Assembly: GCA_017992075.1 (NCBI GenBank)
Contig: JAGOPI010000001.1
Span: 3,358-67,357 of the forward strand
Direction of reading: 5' to 3'
Origin: Candidatus Babeliales bacterium
GTDB taxonomy: Bacteria; Babelota; Babeliae; Babelales; Chromulinivoraceae
Length of the DNA: 64,000 nucleotides
The position numbers and the translations under genes were made by a program. The notes under the pieces are model-generated. The model was not told the origin of the DNA. It searched no databases and worked only from the letters and a program-made list of their open reading frames with translations. Of this stretch, positions 53,193 through 64,000 are shown piece by piece (position 1 is the first letter of the stretch; every line of letters starts with the position of its first letter).

Positions 53193-54515
53193 ATGTTTGG
53201 TGATTTAATTCATTCTGATAATTCTGAAAAAAATAAAAATTTGGCAGATCGATTAAAACAACGACGTGCAGCATTACTTGAACTGATTGCACAAAAATAT
53301 CCTGATCAAAAAGGATCAGTTGTTTTGTTTGCGCCAATTGAACAAGATTTTCATGATTTTTTACAAGATAGTTCCTTTTATTATTTTTCAGAAATTAATG
53401 AACCAGCAGTTGTTCTGTCTTGGGCTATGCATGAACCAACAGTTTTGTATCAGCCGAATTTTGGTAATTTACGAGCAAAATGGGTGCATAGTGTTGATGT
53501 GATTAATGATGATACAAAATCTTTATATGCATTTGATGAATTAAAAATATCTGGAAATTTATTGGCCACATATAATGTGGACCCATATTTTGCACCAGAA
53601 GATTATCAATTTATTATTGAATATTTAACAAAAATGGTGTTGCAAAAGCAGACTATTTTTACATTGTACCCATTACATTCACGAGCATATGCATCAGTTA
53701 AAAAAATAATTGATCGATTAGCGCTTTTTGTTCCTGATTTGATGAAGTATGTTGTTGATATTTCAGATTTAATTGCGATGATGCGTCGTAAAAAAGATAT
53801 GGTAGAAATAGAATCAATGTATCAAGCTGTTGAAATTACGAATATGGCATTTCAGGCAGCAGCGCACATGATTAAACCTGGCGTAAGTGAAGCAGAAATT
53901 CAAGCAACGATAGAATATATTTTTACTGAAAATGGTGCGCGTTCTGCCTATGGTTCTATTGTCGGATCAGGTCATAATGCTACAATTTTACATTATCGGA
54001 CGAATCGAAGTATCATGCGCGATGGGGATGTTCTTCTTATCGATGCTGGTGCAATGTGGCAACATTATTGTGCAGATATTACCCGAGTATTTCCCGTGTC
54101 TGGTTCTTTTTCACAACGTCAAATAGAGTTGTATGAAATTGTGCTTGCGGCACAAGAACATGTAGCATCGTTTGCAAAGCCGGGTGTTTGGATGAATAAT
54201 CCAAAAGAACAAGAAAATTCATTACAGCATATTACACATAATTTTTTCAAACAGCATGGCGTTGATCAATATTTTGGACATGGAATAAGTCATTTTCTTG
54301 GACTAGATGTTCATGATGTCGGAACGCGTTATGCACAGCTTGAAGCTGGTGATGTTATTACGATTGAACCAGGGATCTACATTCCAAAAGAATCGATTGG
54401 CATTCGAATTGAAGATAATTATTGGATTATAGATGATGCACCTGCAGTATGCATTAGTGAAGATATTCCAAAAACAATTGAAGAAGTTAAAGAAATGGTG
54501 CAACAAAATTTGTAG
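53193..54515 (+). CDS. Xaa-Pro aminopeptidase, M24B family
   Basis: The metal-ligand context is DGDVLLIDAG, YCADITRVF, HGISHFLGLDVHD, ITIEPGIY and IRIEDN. Confidence 0.85.
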   Translation: MFGDLIHSDNSEKNKNLADRLKQRRAALLELIAQKYPDQKGSVVLFAPIEQDFHDFLQDSSFYYFSEINEPAVVLSWAMHEPTVLYQPNFGNLRAKWVHSVDVINDDTKSLYAFDELKISGNLLATYNVDPYFAPEDYQFIIEYLTKMVLQKQTIFTLYPLHSRAYASVKKIIDRLALFVPDLMKYVVDISDLIAMMRRKKDMVEIESMYQAVEITNMAFQAAAHMIKPGVSEAEIQATIEYIFTENGARSAYGSIVGSGHNATILHYRTNRSIMRDGDVLLIDAGAMWQHYCADITRVFPVSGSFSQRQIELYEIVLAAQEHVASFAKPGVWMNNPKEQENSLQHITHNFFKQHGVDQYFGHGISHFLGLDVHDVGTRYAQLEAGDVITIEPGIYIPKESIGIRIEDNYWIIDDAPAVCISEDIPKTIEEVKEMVQQNL

Positions 54516-54615
54516 GCTATTTAATTTGACCTGAAAAGGTTTTTTCTATACTCTATACATAGCCTCCGTATTTTGTTTTTCAGAAATTAACATATAAAAA
54601 TTTAAGGTTTTTTTA

Positions 54616-55068
54616 ATGGATATGAATAAAGCGTTTTTCTTACGCAAAGAAGATAGAAATCCGCAATGGCGCTTGCTTGATGCAAAAGGTCAAACACTAG
54701 GACGTTTAGCAACAAAAATTGCAGTTATGCTTCGTGGTAAAGATCAACCAGAATTTACATCTCACACTGACAGTGGTGATTATGTTGTAGTCATTAATGC
54801 ATCAGAAATCGTTATGACAGCAAACAAAATGGATGGTAAGGTTTATTTGACATACAGTGGTTACCAAGGTGGTCAAAAATCAACAACAGCTCGTCAAATC
54901 ATGCAAAAAGATCCGACAAAATTATTGCAACTAGCAGTAAAACGTATGCTTCCGCATTATCATAAAAGTGCACAAAGCAGAAATCAATTGAAAAAATTGA
55001 AAATTTACGCAGGTTCTGAGCATCCACATGTTGCTCAAGTTGCAACAACTCTAGCAGCAGCTGCTTAA
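54616..55068 (+). CDS. rplM: 50S ribosomal protein L13
   Basis: WRLLDAKGQTLGRLATKIAVMLRGKDQPEFTSH.DSGDYVVVINA. Confidence 0.95.
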   Translation: MDMNKAFFLRKEDRNPQWRLLDAKGQTLGRLATKIAVMLRGKDQPEFTSHTDSGDYVVVINASEIVMTANKMDGKVYLTYSGYQGGQKSTTARQIMQKDPTKLLQLAVKRMLPHYHKSAQSRNQLKKLKIYAGSEHPHVAQVATTLAAAA

Positions 55069-55078
55069 ACATTTAAGT

Positions 55079-55130
55079 TTTGAACAATAAAAAAGCCTCG
55101 ATTAATTTCGAGGCTTTTTTATTGTTCAAA
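55079..55130. terminator. Bidirectional intrinsic terminator (long perfect palindrome)
   Basis: tgaacaataaaaaagcctcga-ttaatt-tcgaggcttttttattgttca has 21-bp perfect arms (extendable by 2 bp). It lies between the rplM stop and the stop of the convergent gene at 55131. Confidence 0.8.
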
Positions 55131-56195
55131 TTACTCAATCTCTTCAATTTGAGCTGTTAAGAATAATTTATCATAAATATCACGGGCGCAGATAATAGTG
55201 CCGCTGAATTTTGAGCTTAAAAATGTCAAAACACTTTCTCTGGTAGTTTTTGCAAGATTTGTATTTTCGGTAATTTGTTGAAGTTCTTCTTCAGAAGGAT
55301 ATGCATCATGAATTAGAGGTTGATTTGTATATTCTAAAGCATTTCGATTTCTTGATGATCTTGCTTGCTGTGTTTTGATGCAAAGTGGATACTTAAATCC
55401 AGCATTATCTTCATAATCTATTTCGATTTTTTTTTGCCAAAATTTTCCATCTTTTTCATACAAAAGCCCATTTGATGATTTTATTCTTCCGATATTGCGT
55501 TTGTTTAAAACTTCCGTAATTGCATGAATAATGAAAGCTTTAATTCTTGGATAGTCGCTTGTGTTTTCTACGTGAAAAATTGTTCTTGTAGTTGGATTTT
55601 GATCTATAAAGATGTGTAATTGATCATGGCGTGGTATATTAAAACCAATTGCGTGCAGTGATGGAATGCAGTGAATAGTTCCAGATTTTTGAGCTAAAAT
55701 TATTTTAAGTAAGTTGTCCTTGATTTTATCATCGCATGCTAAGGTTTGTATTAATTCTGAAATGTCATTTTCAGAAATTGCAGGGTGTTGAATTGCTTGA
55801 TTACGGAAAGCGATTTCTTCTGGTCTGGATATATTTTCTTCATCTTCACTAAAAATTTCTAAGCCAATATTTTCGTTGGATAAATCAAAGCGATTTTTGA
55901 ATATTAAGGGGATTGGCGGATGAGACTGTCGAGTAAAAAGTTGGATTTCTAAATTTTTGGCAAAATAATTAAAAATACCACGACTGCTTGAGGATAGAAC
56001 TTTGGAATGATTTGCAGCAATTATGCCCATTTCTTGCTTTGTTAAAATCGAGCGCAAATAATACATAACTTGCTCAGGAGTAATTTTTTCAGAGTATTCT
56101 TCAGAATCAATGCCATCTTCATCGCTAGAGCTTGGTAGTGCTATAGAACATAAGAAAAATAATGAAATTAAAAAATAAAATTTTTGCAGCTTCAA
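55131..56195 (-). CDS. Secreted hypothetical protein
   Basis: 354 aa with signal-like MKLQKFYFLISLFFLCSIALPSSS. No recognisable family. Confidence 0.45.
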   Translation of the reverse strand: MKLQKFYFLISLFFLCSIALPSSSDEDGIDSEEYSEKITPEQVMYYLRSILTKQEMGIIAANHSKVLSSSSRGIFNYFAKNLEIQLFTRQSHPPIPLIFKNRFDLSNENIGLEIFSEDEENISRPEEIAFRNQAIQHPAISENDISELIQTLACDDKIKDNLLKIILAQKSGTIHCIPSLHAIGFNIPRHDQLHIFIDQNPTTRTIFHVENTSDYPRIKAFIIHAITEVLNKRNIGRIKSSNGLLYEKDGKFWQKKIEIDYEDNAGFKYPLCIKTQQARSSRNRNALEYTNQPLIHDAYPSEEELQQITENTNLAKTTRESVLTFLSSKFSGTIICARDIYDKLFLTAQIEEIE

Positions 56196-56262
56196 GACTA
56201 ACTTTCCTTTTTTGTTAGTGAAATATTCGTAATTATATGAGTTGTTTTTTAGTTAATAAAAA

Positions 56263-56781
56263 TTATTCAATTTTAGTAATTTCTCCACGATCATTCCAAA
56301 TTTCGATTGAACGTTTGGTTGAAGGGTTGGAAATAATTCGACCTCCTTGGATGCAATGAACGATGGATAGTATTATTGCATGAAGATGTGGCGGCATGTT
56401 TTTTTGATTATTTAATGTTTTTGATATGTCATTTGGTGTTATTTTTTGATCATCTGTGCAATAAATGGTAAGAGCTTCATTGTGAAATATAGATGTATTT
56501 GTTTCTTTTGTAGCATCGCGAAAAAAATTACCCTCTGTGTAATTGATGAGTGTATTTAAGTTCCACTTTGACTGTGGCAAATCTGGATGATGCACTGTTA
56601 ATTTTTTGAGATATGGAGCGTTTATGCTTTCAATTTTTCCTGACGTGCTATTGTTTGCAATATCTTCAAGGCATAAAAGTAAAGTTTTTTTTGTTGGGAT
56701 ATTAGATTCTTGTCTAGATCCTTGTATGGCTATGGTACATGTAAATAGCATAAAAACGGTGCACATTTTTTTCATGAACAT
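56263..56781 (-). CDS. Secreted hypothetical protein
   Basis: 172 aa with signal-like MFMKKMCTVFMLFTCTIAIQG. There is weak local similarity to the downstream 354-aa protein (I(T/S)(P/E)NDIS...LHAI). Confidence 0.4.
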   Translation of the reverse strand: MFMKKMCTVFMLFTCTIAIQGSRQESNIPTKKTLLLCLEDIANNSTSGKIESINAPYLKKLTVHHPDLPQSKWNLNTLINYTEGNFFRDATKETNTSIFHNEALTIYCTDDQKITPNDISKTLNNQKNMPPHLHAIILSIVHCIQGGRIISNPSTKRSIEIWNDRGEITKIE

Positions 56782-56800
56782 CCTTTGGTTTTTAAATTTT

Positions 56801-57880
56801 TTAGTGCCAAATTAATGTGTATAAATCTCGAATGGTAAAAACAACTAAAAGTCCGATAGCCAAAACCCAAGAACTTACGCCAATCATGTGACGAATTCGT
56901 TCAGAAAGTTCACGTCGCATTAATGTTTCAGTTGTAAAAATTACAAATTGTCCACCATCAAAAATAGGTAAGGGTAGTAAATTCATGAATCCTAAATTGA
57001 TGCTAATGATTGCTAGTAAGAAAAGCAGTGAGCTTGCACCTTTTTGGGCACTTTTGCTGCTTGCTGCAACTGCCATGACAGGGCCTACAAATCCATGTGC
57101 GCTGCGCGCAGAAATCATTTCTTTAAGTCCTGACGCAATAGCGTGAAGGTAAAAATGAACAGCTTTGTATGCCATGCTGACAGATTGAATAAGCGGTAAT
57201 CCTGGTTTTTGCATCATGAAAATTTCAAGTTGTTTTGAAAATGATGGAGGTGTTGATGCGCCTTTAAGTGCTAATGTTGCGTGGTGATGTGATCCATTAC
57301 GTAAAATTTCTGCAGAAATTGATGTTGCACCTGCCATAACGCTTTGCGCAATAATTTTTCGAGCATTTGTTAAATTTTGCTTAAGAGGCTGATTGTTTAA
57401 AGATATTAATGTGTCGCCATTTTGTAAGTTTAATTGATTGATAGAATTTGGTTCAATTTTGGCAATTTGAACGGTACTTGGCTCATAAGGGCCGGCAGCT
57501 GAATCAGGCATTCCGGTGAAAAAAAGACCAATAAAAATGAAATAGGTTAATAAAAAATTGAAGAAAATGCCGCCAAGCATGATCAAAACTTTTTGGTAGT
57601 AAGGAATTTGATTAAAACCTACTGAACCATTGATGCCACTTTCGCTTGCGACTTCAACATAACCGCCAATTGGACCGGCAGAAATGCAAAAATTTGTGTC
57701 ACCTATTTTTTTAGAACATAAAACTTTTCCAATTCCAATGGAAAATGTTGGGGTGTATACGTTAAAAATTTTACAAAAAATATAATGGCCGAATTCATGA
57801 AAAACGATGATGAATGAAATGCCAACAAGACTGGCAAAAATTGATAATAATTGAGTCAGGATTGATGCAATAGGAAGCAT
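56801..57880 (-). CDS. rseP: RIP metalloprotease RseP (site-2 protease, M50 family)
   Basis: HEFGHYIFCKIF (HExxH), a central PDZ-like segment, and the C-terminal motif NLLPLPIFDGG. Confidence 0.9.
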   Translation of the reverse strand: MLPIASILTQLLSIFASLVGISFIIVFHEFGHYIFCKIFNVYTPTFSIGIGKVLCSKKIGDTNFCISAGPIGGYVEVASESGINGSVGFNQIPYYQKVLIMLGGIFFNFLLTYFIFIGLFFTGMPDSAAGPYEPSTVQIAKIEPNSINQLNLQNGDTLISLNNQPLKQNLTNARKIIAQSVMAGATSISAEILRNGSHHHATLALKGASTPPSFSKQLEIFMMQKPGLPLIQSVSMAYKAVHFYLHAIASGLKEMISARSAHGFVGPVMAVAASSKSAQKGASSLLFLLAIISINLGFMNLLPLPIFDGGQFVIFTTETLMRRELSERIRHMIGVSSWVLAIGLLVVFTIRDLYTLIWH

Positions 57881-58006
57881 TTTGAGGTATCCTTATAAGT
57901 TAAATTTTTTCAAAAAACAATGAAAACAAAATAGCATGTTGCAATCAACAAGTCTATGACTAATTATCAAGATTATGATTGTTCTAAGAGGGTTTTTTGA
58001 ATTTTC

Positions 58007-58034
58007 TTGAAAAAAGTTGCAAAGAGTCTATACT
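58007..58034 (+). promoter_or_regulatory. Candidate sigma70-type promoter upstream of the str operon
   Basis: TTGAAA (58007-58012), a 16-nt spacer, then TATACT (58029-58034). A second candidate (TTGGTA-N17-TATACA) lies about 45 nt downstream. This is a by-eye match only. Confidence 0.3.
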
Positions 58035-58159
58035 TGAAATATGCAAAAAGTTTATTGGTAAAATCATTTTTATGATCTATACAATCTACTAAGCGGTGCA
58101 AAATCTTCTTAATTTTAGTTACTATAACGTTGTATTGTTATAATAATAAGGTTCCTATA

Positions 58160-58537
58160 ATGCCTACAATTAATCAGCTCGTTCGTTCAGGCCGTAAAAA
58201 AGTCGTTAATAAGACTAAAAGCGGCGCGTTAAAACAATGTCCACAAGTTCGTGGCGTTTGTACACGCGTGTTCACAACAACTCCAAAAAAACCAAACTCA
58301 GCGCTTCGTAAAGTTGCAAGGGTAAAGCTTTCAAATGGAGTAGAAATCACAGCGTATATCCCTGGTGAAGGTCACAATTTGCAAGAACACTCGATGGTTC
58401 TTGTGCGTGGTGGTCGTGTAAAAGATTTACCGGGTGTTAAGTATCACATTGTTCGTGGAACACTGGATTCAGCTGGTGTAGAAGGAAGAAAGCAATCTCG
58501 TTCATTGTACGGCGCTAAAAGGCCAAAAGCTTCTTAA
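58160..58537 (+). CDS. rpsL: 30S ribosomal protein S12
   Basis: The [14 protein letters not shown] start and [14 protein letters not shown]. The start is the ATG at 58160; the track's upstream extension was rejected. Confidence 0.97.
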   Translation: MPTINQLVRSGRKKVVNKTKSGALKQCPQVRGVCTRVFTTTPKKPNSALRKVARVKLSNGVEITAYIPGEGHNLQEHSMVLVRGGRVKDLPGVKYHIVRGTLDSAGVEGRKQSRSLYGAKRPKAS

Positions 58538-58551
58538 AGGATGTACAGACT

Positions 58552-59031
58552 ATGCCTAGAAAGAAAAAAGAACTCGTAAAACGTGTGATCAATCCAGATC
58601 CAGTTTATAATTCAGAGTTAATTCAAAGATTTATCAATATTGTGATGTGGCGTGGTAAAAAAACAGTTGCTCGCAAAATTGTATATGAAGCATTAGATAT
58701 GCTTGAACAAAAATATGGCACAAAAGAAAAAGCTCTTTCTGTGTTCCATAAAGGTTACAACAATATTATGCCAATCATCGAAGTTCGCTCACGTCGTGTT
58801 GGTGGTTCAGTTTATCAAATTCCACGAGAAGTTAGTGAAGGCCGTGGCCGTTCATTGGCTTTGCGTTGGTTGATCGATGCAGCTTCAGAACGTTCAGACA
58901 AAACTATGGGTCTTCGTATTGGAAGTGAAATTTTAGATGCAATCGAAGAACGTGGTGGCGCGTTTAAAAAGAAACTTGATGTTCATAAAATGGCAGAAGC
59001 AAACAGAGCTTTCTCTCACTTTGCGTGGTAG
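58552..59031 (+). CDS. rpsG: 30S ribosomal protein S7
   Basis: PDPVYNSELIQRFIN.VM..GKK..A..IVY.A and the C-terminal ANRAFSHFAW. Confidence 0.97.
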   Translation: MPRKKKELVKRVINPDPVYNSELIQRFINIVMWRGKKTVARKIVYEALDMLEQKYGTKEKALSVFHKGYNNIMPIIEVRSRRVGGSVYQIPREVSEGRGRSLALRWLIDAASERSDKTMGLRIGSEILDAIEERGGAFKKKLDVHKMAEANRAFSHFAW

Positions 59032-59037
59032 GGTAGT

Positions 59038-61116
59038 ATGAGTTATACATTAGATAGATATCGAAACATAGGCATCGCGGCTCATATTGACGCTGGAAAA
59101 ACAACAGTTACCGAGCGCATTCTGTTTTATACAGGAATTTCACATAAAATTGGTGAAGTTCATGAGGGTGCTGCGGTTATGGATTGGATGGAACAAGAAC
59201 AAGAGCGCGGAATTACCATTCAATCTGCAGCAACTACCTGTTTCTGGAAAAATTGCCAAATCAATATTATTGACACTCCTGGTCACGTTGATTTTACGAT
59301 CGAAGTTGGTCGTTCTTTGCGTGTACTTGATGGAGTTGTTAGTGTTTTTTGTGGTGTTGCTGGTGTGCAGCCACAATCTGAAACAGTTTGGAATCAAGCA
59401 AATCGTTATGATGTTCCTGCTGTTATTTTTGTTAATAAATTAGATCGTATTGGCGCAAGCTTTAAAGATACCATTGCAGATATTAATGAAAAATTAGCGG
59501 GCGGTCGTGCAGTTGAAATGCAAATTCAAATTGGAGATTCAGAAGATTTTAGCGGTATCATTGATGTTTTAACAGGCAAAATGGTCCGCTTTTTCAATGA
59601 TGAACGAGATCTTGCAAAAGAAGTTAAATTTGAAGATGCTCCTGCAGAATACGCAGATCAAATTAAAGAAACTTATGCAAGAATTGCAGAAAAAGCTTGT
59701 GACTTTGATGAAGTTTTGGGTGAAAAGTATTTAAATGAGCAGCCGTTTACAAATGAAGATTTGAAACGTGCTATTCGTAAAGGTGTTGCAAAACGTCAAC
59801 TATTTCCAGCTTTTTGTGGTTCAGCTTTTAAAAATAAAGGTGTCCAATTACTCCTGGATGCTGTTGTGGATTATTTACCTTCTCCGCTTGATGTTCCTGC
59901 AATTAAAGGAATTGATGTAAAAACAGGCGCAGAAGTTGAACGTCCATCTTCAAGTAAAGCACCTTTTTCAGCTTTAGCATTTAAAATTATGACAGATCCT
60001 TTTGTTGGTGCGTTAACATTTACTCGTATTTATTCTGGTGAATTAAAATCGGGATCATATGTTTATAATGCTTCAAAGCAAACAAAAGAGCGTGTAAGTC
60101 GTTTAGTTCGAATGCATGCAAATAAGCGAGAAGAAGTTAAAGAAGCGTCAGCTGGTGATATTATTGCAGTTGTTGGAATTAAAGATGTTAATACTGGGGA
60201 TACATTGTGTGATGAAAGTCATCCAGTGCTTCTTGAGTCAATTGACATTCCAGCACCAGTTATTTCATCTTCGATTGAACCAAAATCGAAAGCTGATTAT
60301 GAAAAAATGGTTTTGTCGCTTAAGAAAATGAATCAAGAAGATCCATCATTTAACTTTACATACAATCATGAAACTGGCCAAACAGAAATCGCAGGAATGG
60401 GTGAATTGCATCTTGAAATTGTTGTGGATCGCTTAAAACGTGAACATAAAGTTGAAGTGGTGCAAGGTAAACTTCAAGTCGCGTACAAAGAAACTATTCA
60501 GCGATCTGTTGAGGTTGAAGGTAAGTTTATTAAACAATCAGGTGGTCGTGGTCAATACGGACACGTTTGGTTGAAACTTGAACCGCTTGATCGTGGTGCT
60601 GGTTATGAATTTGTAAATGGAGTTGTTGGTGGAACTATTCCAAGAGAGTATGTTCCAGCTGTTGAAAAAGGAATGGAAGAGGCTATTAAAACGGGAATTT
60701 TAACAGGAAGTCAAGTTGTTGATGTTCGGGTTACTGTTTTTGATGGTTCATATCATGATGTTGACTCTTCGGAGATCGCATTTAAAATGGCTGCAAAAAT
60801 GGCATTTCGTGATGGTATGGCTCAAGCGTCACCGGTTCTTTTAGAACCAATCATGAAAGTCGAAGTAAATACTCCAGACGAGTATATGGGTGATGTCATG
60901 GGTGATTTAAACTCACGACGTGGCAGAATTCTTGGAATGGAGACAAAGGGTGTTGCGCAAATTGTTAAAGCGGAAGTTCCTCTTGGAAATATGTTTGGAT
61001 ATGCAACTGAATTACGTTCGATGACCAAAGGTCGCGCAAGCTACACAATGGAATTTGAATGTTATCGTGAAGCACCAAAAACAATTCAAGAAGAAGTTGT
61101 AGCAGCAAAAAAGTAA
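59038..61116 (+). CDS. fusA: Elongation factor G
   Basis: [35 protein letters not shown] and NKLDR G-motifs, in 692 aa. Confidence 0.98.
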   Translation: MSYTLDRYRNIGIAAHIDAGKTTVTERILFYTGISHKIGEVHEGAAVMDWMEQEQERGITIQSAATTCFWKNCQINIIDTPGHVDFTIEVGRSLRVLDGVVSVFCGVAGVQPQSETVWNQANRYDVPAVIFVNKLDRIGASFKDTIADINEKLAGGRAVEMQIQIGDSEDFSGIIDVLTGKMVRFFNDERDLAKEVKFEDAPAEYADQIKETYARIAEKACDFDEVLGEKYLNEQPFTNEDLKRAIRKGVAKRQLFPAFCGSAFKNKGVQLLLDAVVDYLPSPLDVPAIKGIDVKTGAEVERPSSSKAPFSALAFKIMTDPFVGALTFTRIYSGELKSGSYVYNASKQTKERVSRLVRMHANKREEVKEASAGDIIAVVGIKDVNTGDTLCDESHPVLLESIDIPAPVISSSIEPKSKADYEKMVLSLKKMNQEDPSFNFTYNHETGQTEIAGMGELHLEIVVDRLKREHKVEVVQGKLQVAYKETIQRSVEVEGKFIKQSGGRGQYGHVWLKLEPLDRGAGYEFVNGVVGGTIPREYVPAVEKGMEEAIKTGILTGSQVVDVRVTVFDGSYHDVDSSEIAFKMAAKMAFRDGMAQASPVLLEPIMKVEVNTPDEYMGDVMGDLNSRRGRILGMETKGVAQIVKAEVPLGNMFGYATELRSMTKGRASYTMEFECYREAPKTIQEEVVAAKK

Positions 61117-61162
61117 ATAGGTTTAATTTAGTTTAACTGATAAAGTGTGTTCAGGAGAAATT

Positions 61163-62356
61163 ATGGCAAAAGATACATATGTACGTAGTAAACCGCACGT
61201 CAACGTTGGGACAATTGGTCACGTTGATCATGGTAAAACTACATTAACTGCAGCAATCACAACTGTTTTGGCAAAAACAGGTGGCGCAGTTGCAAAAAAA
61301 TTCGATGAAATTGACAATGCACCAGAAGAAAAAGCACGTGGTATTACGATTGCTACTTCACACGTTGAATATGAAACTGCAAATCGTCACTATGCGCACG
61401 TTGACTGTCCTGGTCACGCTGACTATGTAAAAAACATGATCACTGGTGCAGCTCAAATGGATGGCGCAATTCTTGTTGTTTCAGCAGCAGACGGCCCTAT
61501 GCCTCAAACTCGTGAACATATTTTGCTTGCGAAAAACGTTAACGTTCCATCGTTAGTTGTTTTCTTGAACAAAGTTGACATGGTTGATGATGCAGAAATG
61601 GTTGACATGGTTGAAGAAGAAATCAGAGATCTATTGAAAAAATATGATTTTCCTGGTGACACAATTCCTGTCGTTCGCGGTTCAGCGTTAAAAGCGTTGC
61701 AAGGTGATGAAAGTGAATTGGGTGCTCCTTCAATTCGTAAATTGATGGAAGCTGTTGATTCATATATTCCACTTCCAAAACGTGATGTGGATAAACCTTT
61801 CTTGATGCCTGTTGAAGGTGTTTTTTCAATTGAAGGTCGTGGTACTGTTGCGACTGGAAGAATTGAAAAAGGTCGTGTTAAAATTGGTGATGCTGTTCAA
61901 TTAGTTGGTTTGAATGAAAAACCAGTTAATACAACAGTTACTGGTATTGAAATGTTTAGAAAAAATCTTGATGAGGGTCAAGCTGGTGATAATGCTGGTT
62001 TACTTCTTCGTGGTTTGAAAAAAGAAGATGTTGTACGTGGACAAGTTTTGGCAAAACCAGCTTCAATTACTCCGCACAAAAAATTCAAAGGACAAGTTTA
62101 TATTTTGTCTAAAGAAGAAGGCGGACGCCACAGTGCATTCTTTAACGGTTATCGTCCACAATTTTATTTTAGAACAACTGATGTTACAGGAATTGTAAAA
62201 CTTCCAGCTGATCGTGAAATGGTTATGCCAGGTGATAACTTAGTTCTTGAAATGGAATTGATTGCTCCAATTGCAATGGAAAAAGATTTACGATTTGCAA
62301 TTCGAGAAGGTGGAAGAACTGTTGGATCTGGAATTGTTACAGAAATTCTTGATTAA
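61163..62356 (+). CDS. tuf: Elongation factor Tu
   Basis: [36 protein letters not shown] and NKVD. The start is the ATG at 61163, after AGGAG. Confidence 0.98.
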   Translation: MAKDTYVRSKPHVNVGTIGHVDHGKTTLTAAITTVLAKTGGAVAKKFDEIDNAPEEKARGITIATSHVEYETANRHYAHVDCPGHADYVKNMITGAAQMDGAILVVSAADGPMPQTREHILLAKNVNVPSLVVFLNKVDMVDDAEMVDMVEEEIRDLLKKYDFPGDTIPVVRGSALKALQGDESELGAPSIRKLMEAVDSYIPLPKRDVDKPFLMPVEGVFSIEGRGTVATGRIEKGRVKIGDAVQLVGLNEKPVNTTVTGIEMFRKNLDEGQAGDNAGLLLRGLKKEDVVRGQVLAKPASITPHKKFKGQVYILSKEEGGRHSAFFNGYRPQFYFRTTDVTGIVKLPADREMVMPGDNLVLEMELIAPIAMEKDLRFAIREGGRTVGSGIVTEILD

Positions 62357-62371
62357 TTGATTGGAAGTTAG

Positions 62372-62677
62372 ATGAAAAGACAGAAAATCAGACTCACATT
62401 AAAATCTTACGATCATCAATTACTAGATAAAGCTGTAAAAGAAATCGCAATGACGGCTAAAAAAACAGGTACCGACCTTGTCGGACCTGTTCCTTTGCCT
62501 AATAAAAAACGATGTTTTACAGTGTTGCGATCTCCGCATATCGATAAAAAATCGAGAGAGCAGTTTGAAATTATAACACATAAGCGGATTTTAGAAATGA
62601 TTTCACCGTCAGACCAAACAATGGCAGCGTTGATGAAGTTAAATATCTCTGCTGGTGTTGATGTTGAAATTAAGTAA
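62372..62677 (+). CDS. rpsJ: 30S ribosomal protein S10
   Basis: [21 protein letters not shown]...GPVPLP...[21 protein letters not shown]. Confidence 0.97.
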   Translation: MKRQKIRLTLKSYDHQLLDKAVKEIAMTAKKTGTDLVGPVPLPNKKRCFTVLRSPHIDKKSREQFEIITHKRILEMISPSDQTMAALMKLNISAGVDVEIK

Positions 62678-62691
62678 AACAAAGGGTTTTT

Positions 62692-63315
62692 ATGGTTAAT
62701 GGTTTTTGGGGCCGCAAAGTCGGAATGACCCAAGTATTTGCTGGAGACAATAAAGTTGTTCCAGTAACAGCTGTTGATGCATCTGGATGGTATGTATCTC
62801 AAATCAAGTTACTTGATAAACATGGATATAGTGCTGTTCAAGTTGCGTACGTGCGTGAAAAATACCAAGGGGAAACATTCCAACAGGAATGGCTTCAACA
62901 AAAATCCAAACATTTTCGTTGGGTAAGAGAAATTGCTGTGGATCAAATCCCAGATACAGTTGTTGTTGGTCAACCATTTGATTTTTCAACAGTGGTAAAA
63001 GCTCAAGATCAAGTTAATGTTGTTGGTACAACTAAAGGTTGTGGATTTGCAGGTGTCATGCGTCGGCATAATTTTGCTGGTGGTGTTAATAGCCACGGTT
63101 CAATGATGGGTCGACGACCAGGAAGTATCAGCTTCATGCGTTCTCAGGGTAAAGTCATTAAAGGAAAAAGAATGGCTGGTCATATGGGTGTAACTCGTAA
63201 GACAGTGAGAAATTTAGAAGTTGTTCAAGTTAATGCACAAAACAATCTTGTTTTGATTAAAGGTGCAATGGCTGGAAAACCTGGATCTTTAGTTTACGTT
63301 CGTAAGAATGGGTAA
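62692..63315 (+). CDS. rplC: 50S ribosomal protein L3
   Basis: GRKVGMTQVF...VPVT and TKGCGFAGVMRRHNF.GG..SHGS. Confidence 0.97.
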   Translation: MVNGFWGRKVGMTQVFAGDNKVVPVTAVDASGWYVSQIKLLDKHGYSAVQVAYVREKYQGETFQQEWLQQKSKHFRWVREIAVDQIPDTVVVGQPFDFSTVVKAQDQVNVVGTTKGCGFAGVMRRHNFAGGVNSHGSMMGRRPGSISFMRSQGKVIKGKRMAGHMGVTRKTVRNLEVVQVNAQNNLVLIKGAMAGKPGSLVYVRKNG

Positions 63316-63318
63316 AGC

Positions 63319-63975
63319 ATGAACAAACAAATAAAAACAAATACAAATAATACAAATTTATCAGTAAGTTCTTTAACTCCAATGTCTGTTCAGGATTTGG
63401 GAATTGCAGAAACTTGTTTAACTGATGTAAGTTACGCGATTTGGATTCGAGCTTTGATGCAAAATTGGCGTCAAGGAACTGTCGGATGTAAAACTCGTGG
63501 AGAAGTTTCTTTCTCAAATAAAAAACCATGGAAACAAAAAGGTACTGGTCGAGCTCGTGCAGGTAGTGCACGTTCTCCGTTATGGAGAAGTGGTGGTATT
63601 CTTTTTGGACCACAGCCACGTGTTAGAACTTTAAAAGTAAATAAACAAAATAAAGATCAAGTACTTGCAGCTTGTTTGGCAGATTATGCACAAGCAGGAA
63701 CATTGTACACATTTGATTGGATGTTGAGTTCAGAAAAACCATCAACATCTACAATGGCAAAAGCATTGAAAAATGTAGGCTTGGTTGATAAAAAAATTGT
63801 CATGTTCTTAAGCCGTCAAGATTATGCTCACTGGGCTTCAGTGAATAATTTGGGCAATGTACATGTTGTAAGTTTTGATGATGCAAATGCGTACGAATTG
63901 TCTTTAGGCAATTGTGTCGTAGTGTTAAAAAAAGATCTAAGCCAGTTTAAAGAAATGGTGGCAAAATGGAATTAA
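63319..63975 (+). CDS. rplD: 50S ribosomal protein L4
   Basis: [30 protein letters not shown]. Confidence 0.96.
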   Translation: MNKQIKTNTNNTNLSVSSLTPMSVQDLGIAETCLTDVSYAIWIRALMQNWRQGTVGCKTRGEVSFSNKKPWKQKGTGRARAGSARSPLWRSGGILFGPQPRVRTLKVNKQNKDQVLAACLADYAQAGTLYTFDWMLSSEKPSTSTMAKALKNVGLVDKKIVMFLSRQDYAHWASVNNLGNVHVVSFDDANAYELSLGNCVVVLKKDLSQFKEMVAKWN

Positions 63976-64000
63976 GTATCTACGATATCATTGTTGGGCC
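63966..64000 (+). CDS. rplW: 50S ribosomal protein L23 (5-prime partial, runs off the window)
   Basis: ATG at 63966 overlaps the rplD stop. [12 protein letters not shown] matches the usual L23 start, and synteny follows rplD. Confidence 0.8.
   Translation, partial: MELSIYDIIVG

Noticed and set aside
1-64000. Alternative genetic code, prophage, IS element, integrase or rRNA operon.
   Set aside because: TGA clearly terminates conserved genes such as rpoC, so the standard bacterial code applies. No transposase-, integrase- or phage-like ORFs and no rRNA-like sequence were recognised anywhere in the window.

Overview
This is a visibly AT-rich bacterial chromosomal segment that uses the standard code (TGA is a stop, for example at the end of rpoC). 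About two thirds is conserved information-processing backbone. That backbone includes a tRNA cluster (Tyr-Gly-Thr-Thr-Trp) leading into secE-nusG-rplKAJL-rpoBC, then tRNA-Val, rpsO-pnp, ffh-rpsP-trmD-rplS, and rpsL-rpsG-fusA-tuf-rpsJ-rplCD(W). Envelope and housekeeping genes are also present: murA, murC, glmM, yidC, rseP, radA, recR, uvrD/pcrA, hflX, trpS, tsaE, tdk and atpG.

Between these sit accessory islands with a host-associated flavour:
- two tandem signal-peptide-bearing ankyrin / RING-like zinc-finger proteins;
- a four-gene cluster of small secreted glycine-rich/coiled-coil proteins, one with a long Gly/His tract;
- several tandem paralog pairs of secreted proteins;
- two P-loop kinases carrying signal peptides.

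A roughly 30-bp palindromic element (GGATCCCGG-N6-8-CCGGGATGAC) recurs at least 11 times, often as inverted pairs. Two decayed copies appear to be translated inside glmM.

Other oddities:
- a CdaA-like protein in the conserved cdaA-cdaR-glmM context whose catalytic DGA/RHR motifs are degenerate;
- a Cys-rich (zinc-ribbon-like) insertion in the RpoB N-terminus;
- a TrmD fused to a second SPOUT-like domain;
- an orphan atpG.

I saw no CRISPR array, transposase, integrase or rRNA. The overall picture suggests an intracellular or host-dependent lineage such as Dependentiae/TM6-like bacteria, but that is a low-confidence inference. All homology calls come from motif recognition by eye, not from searches.
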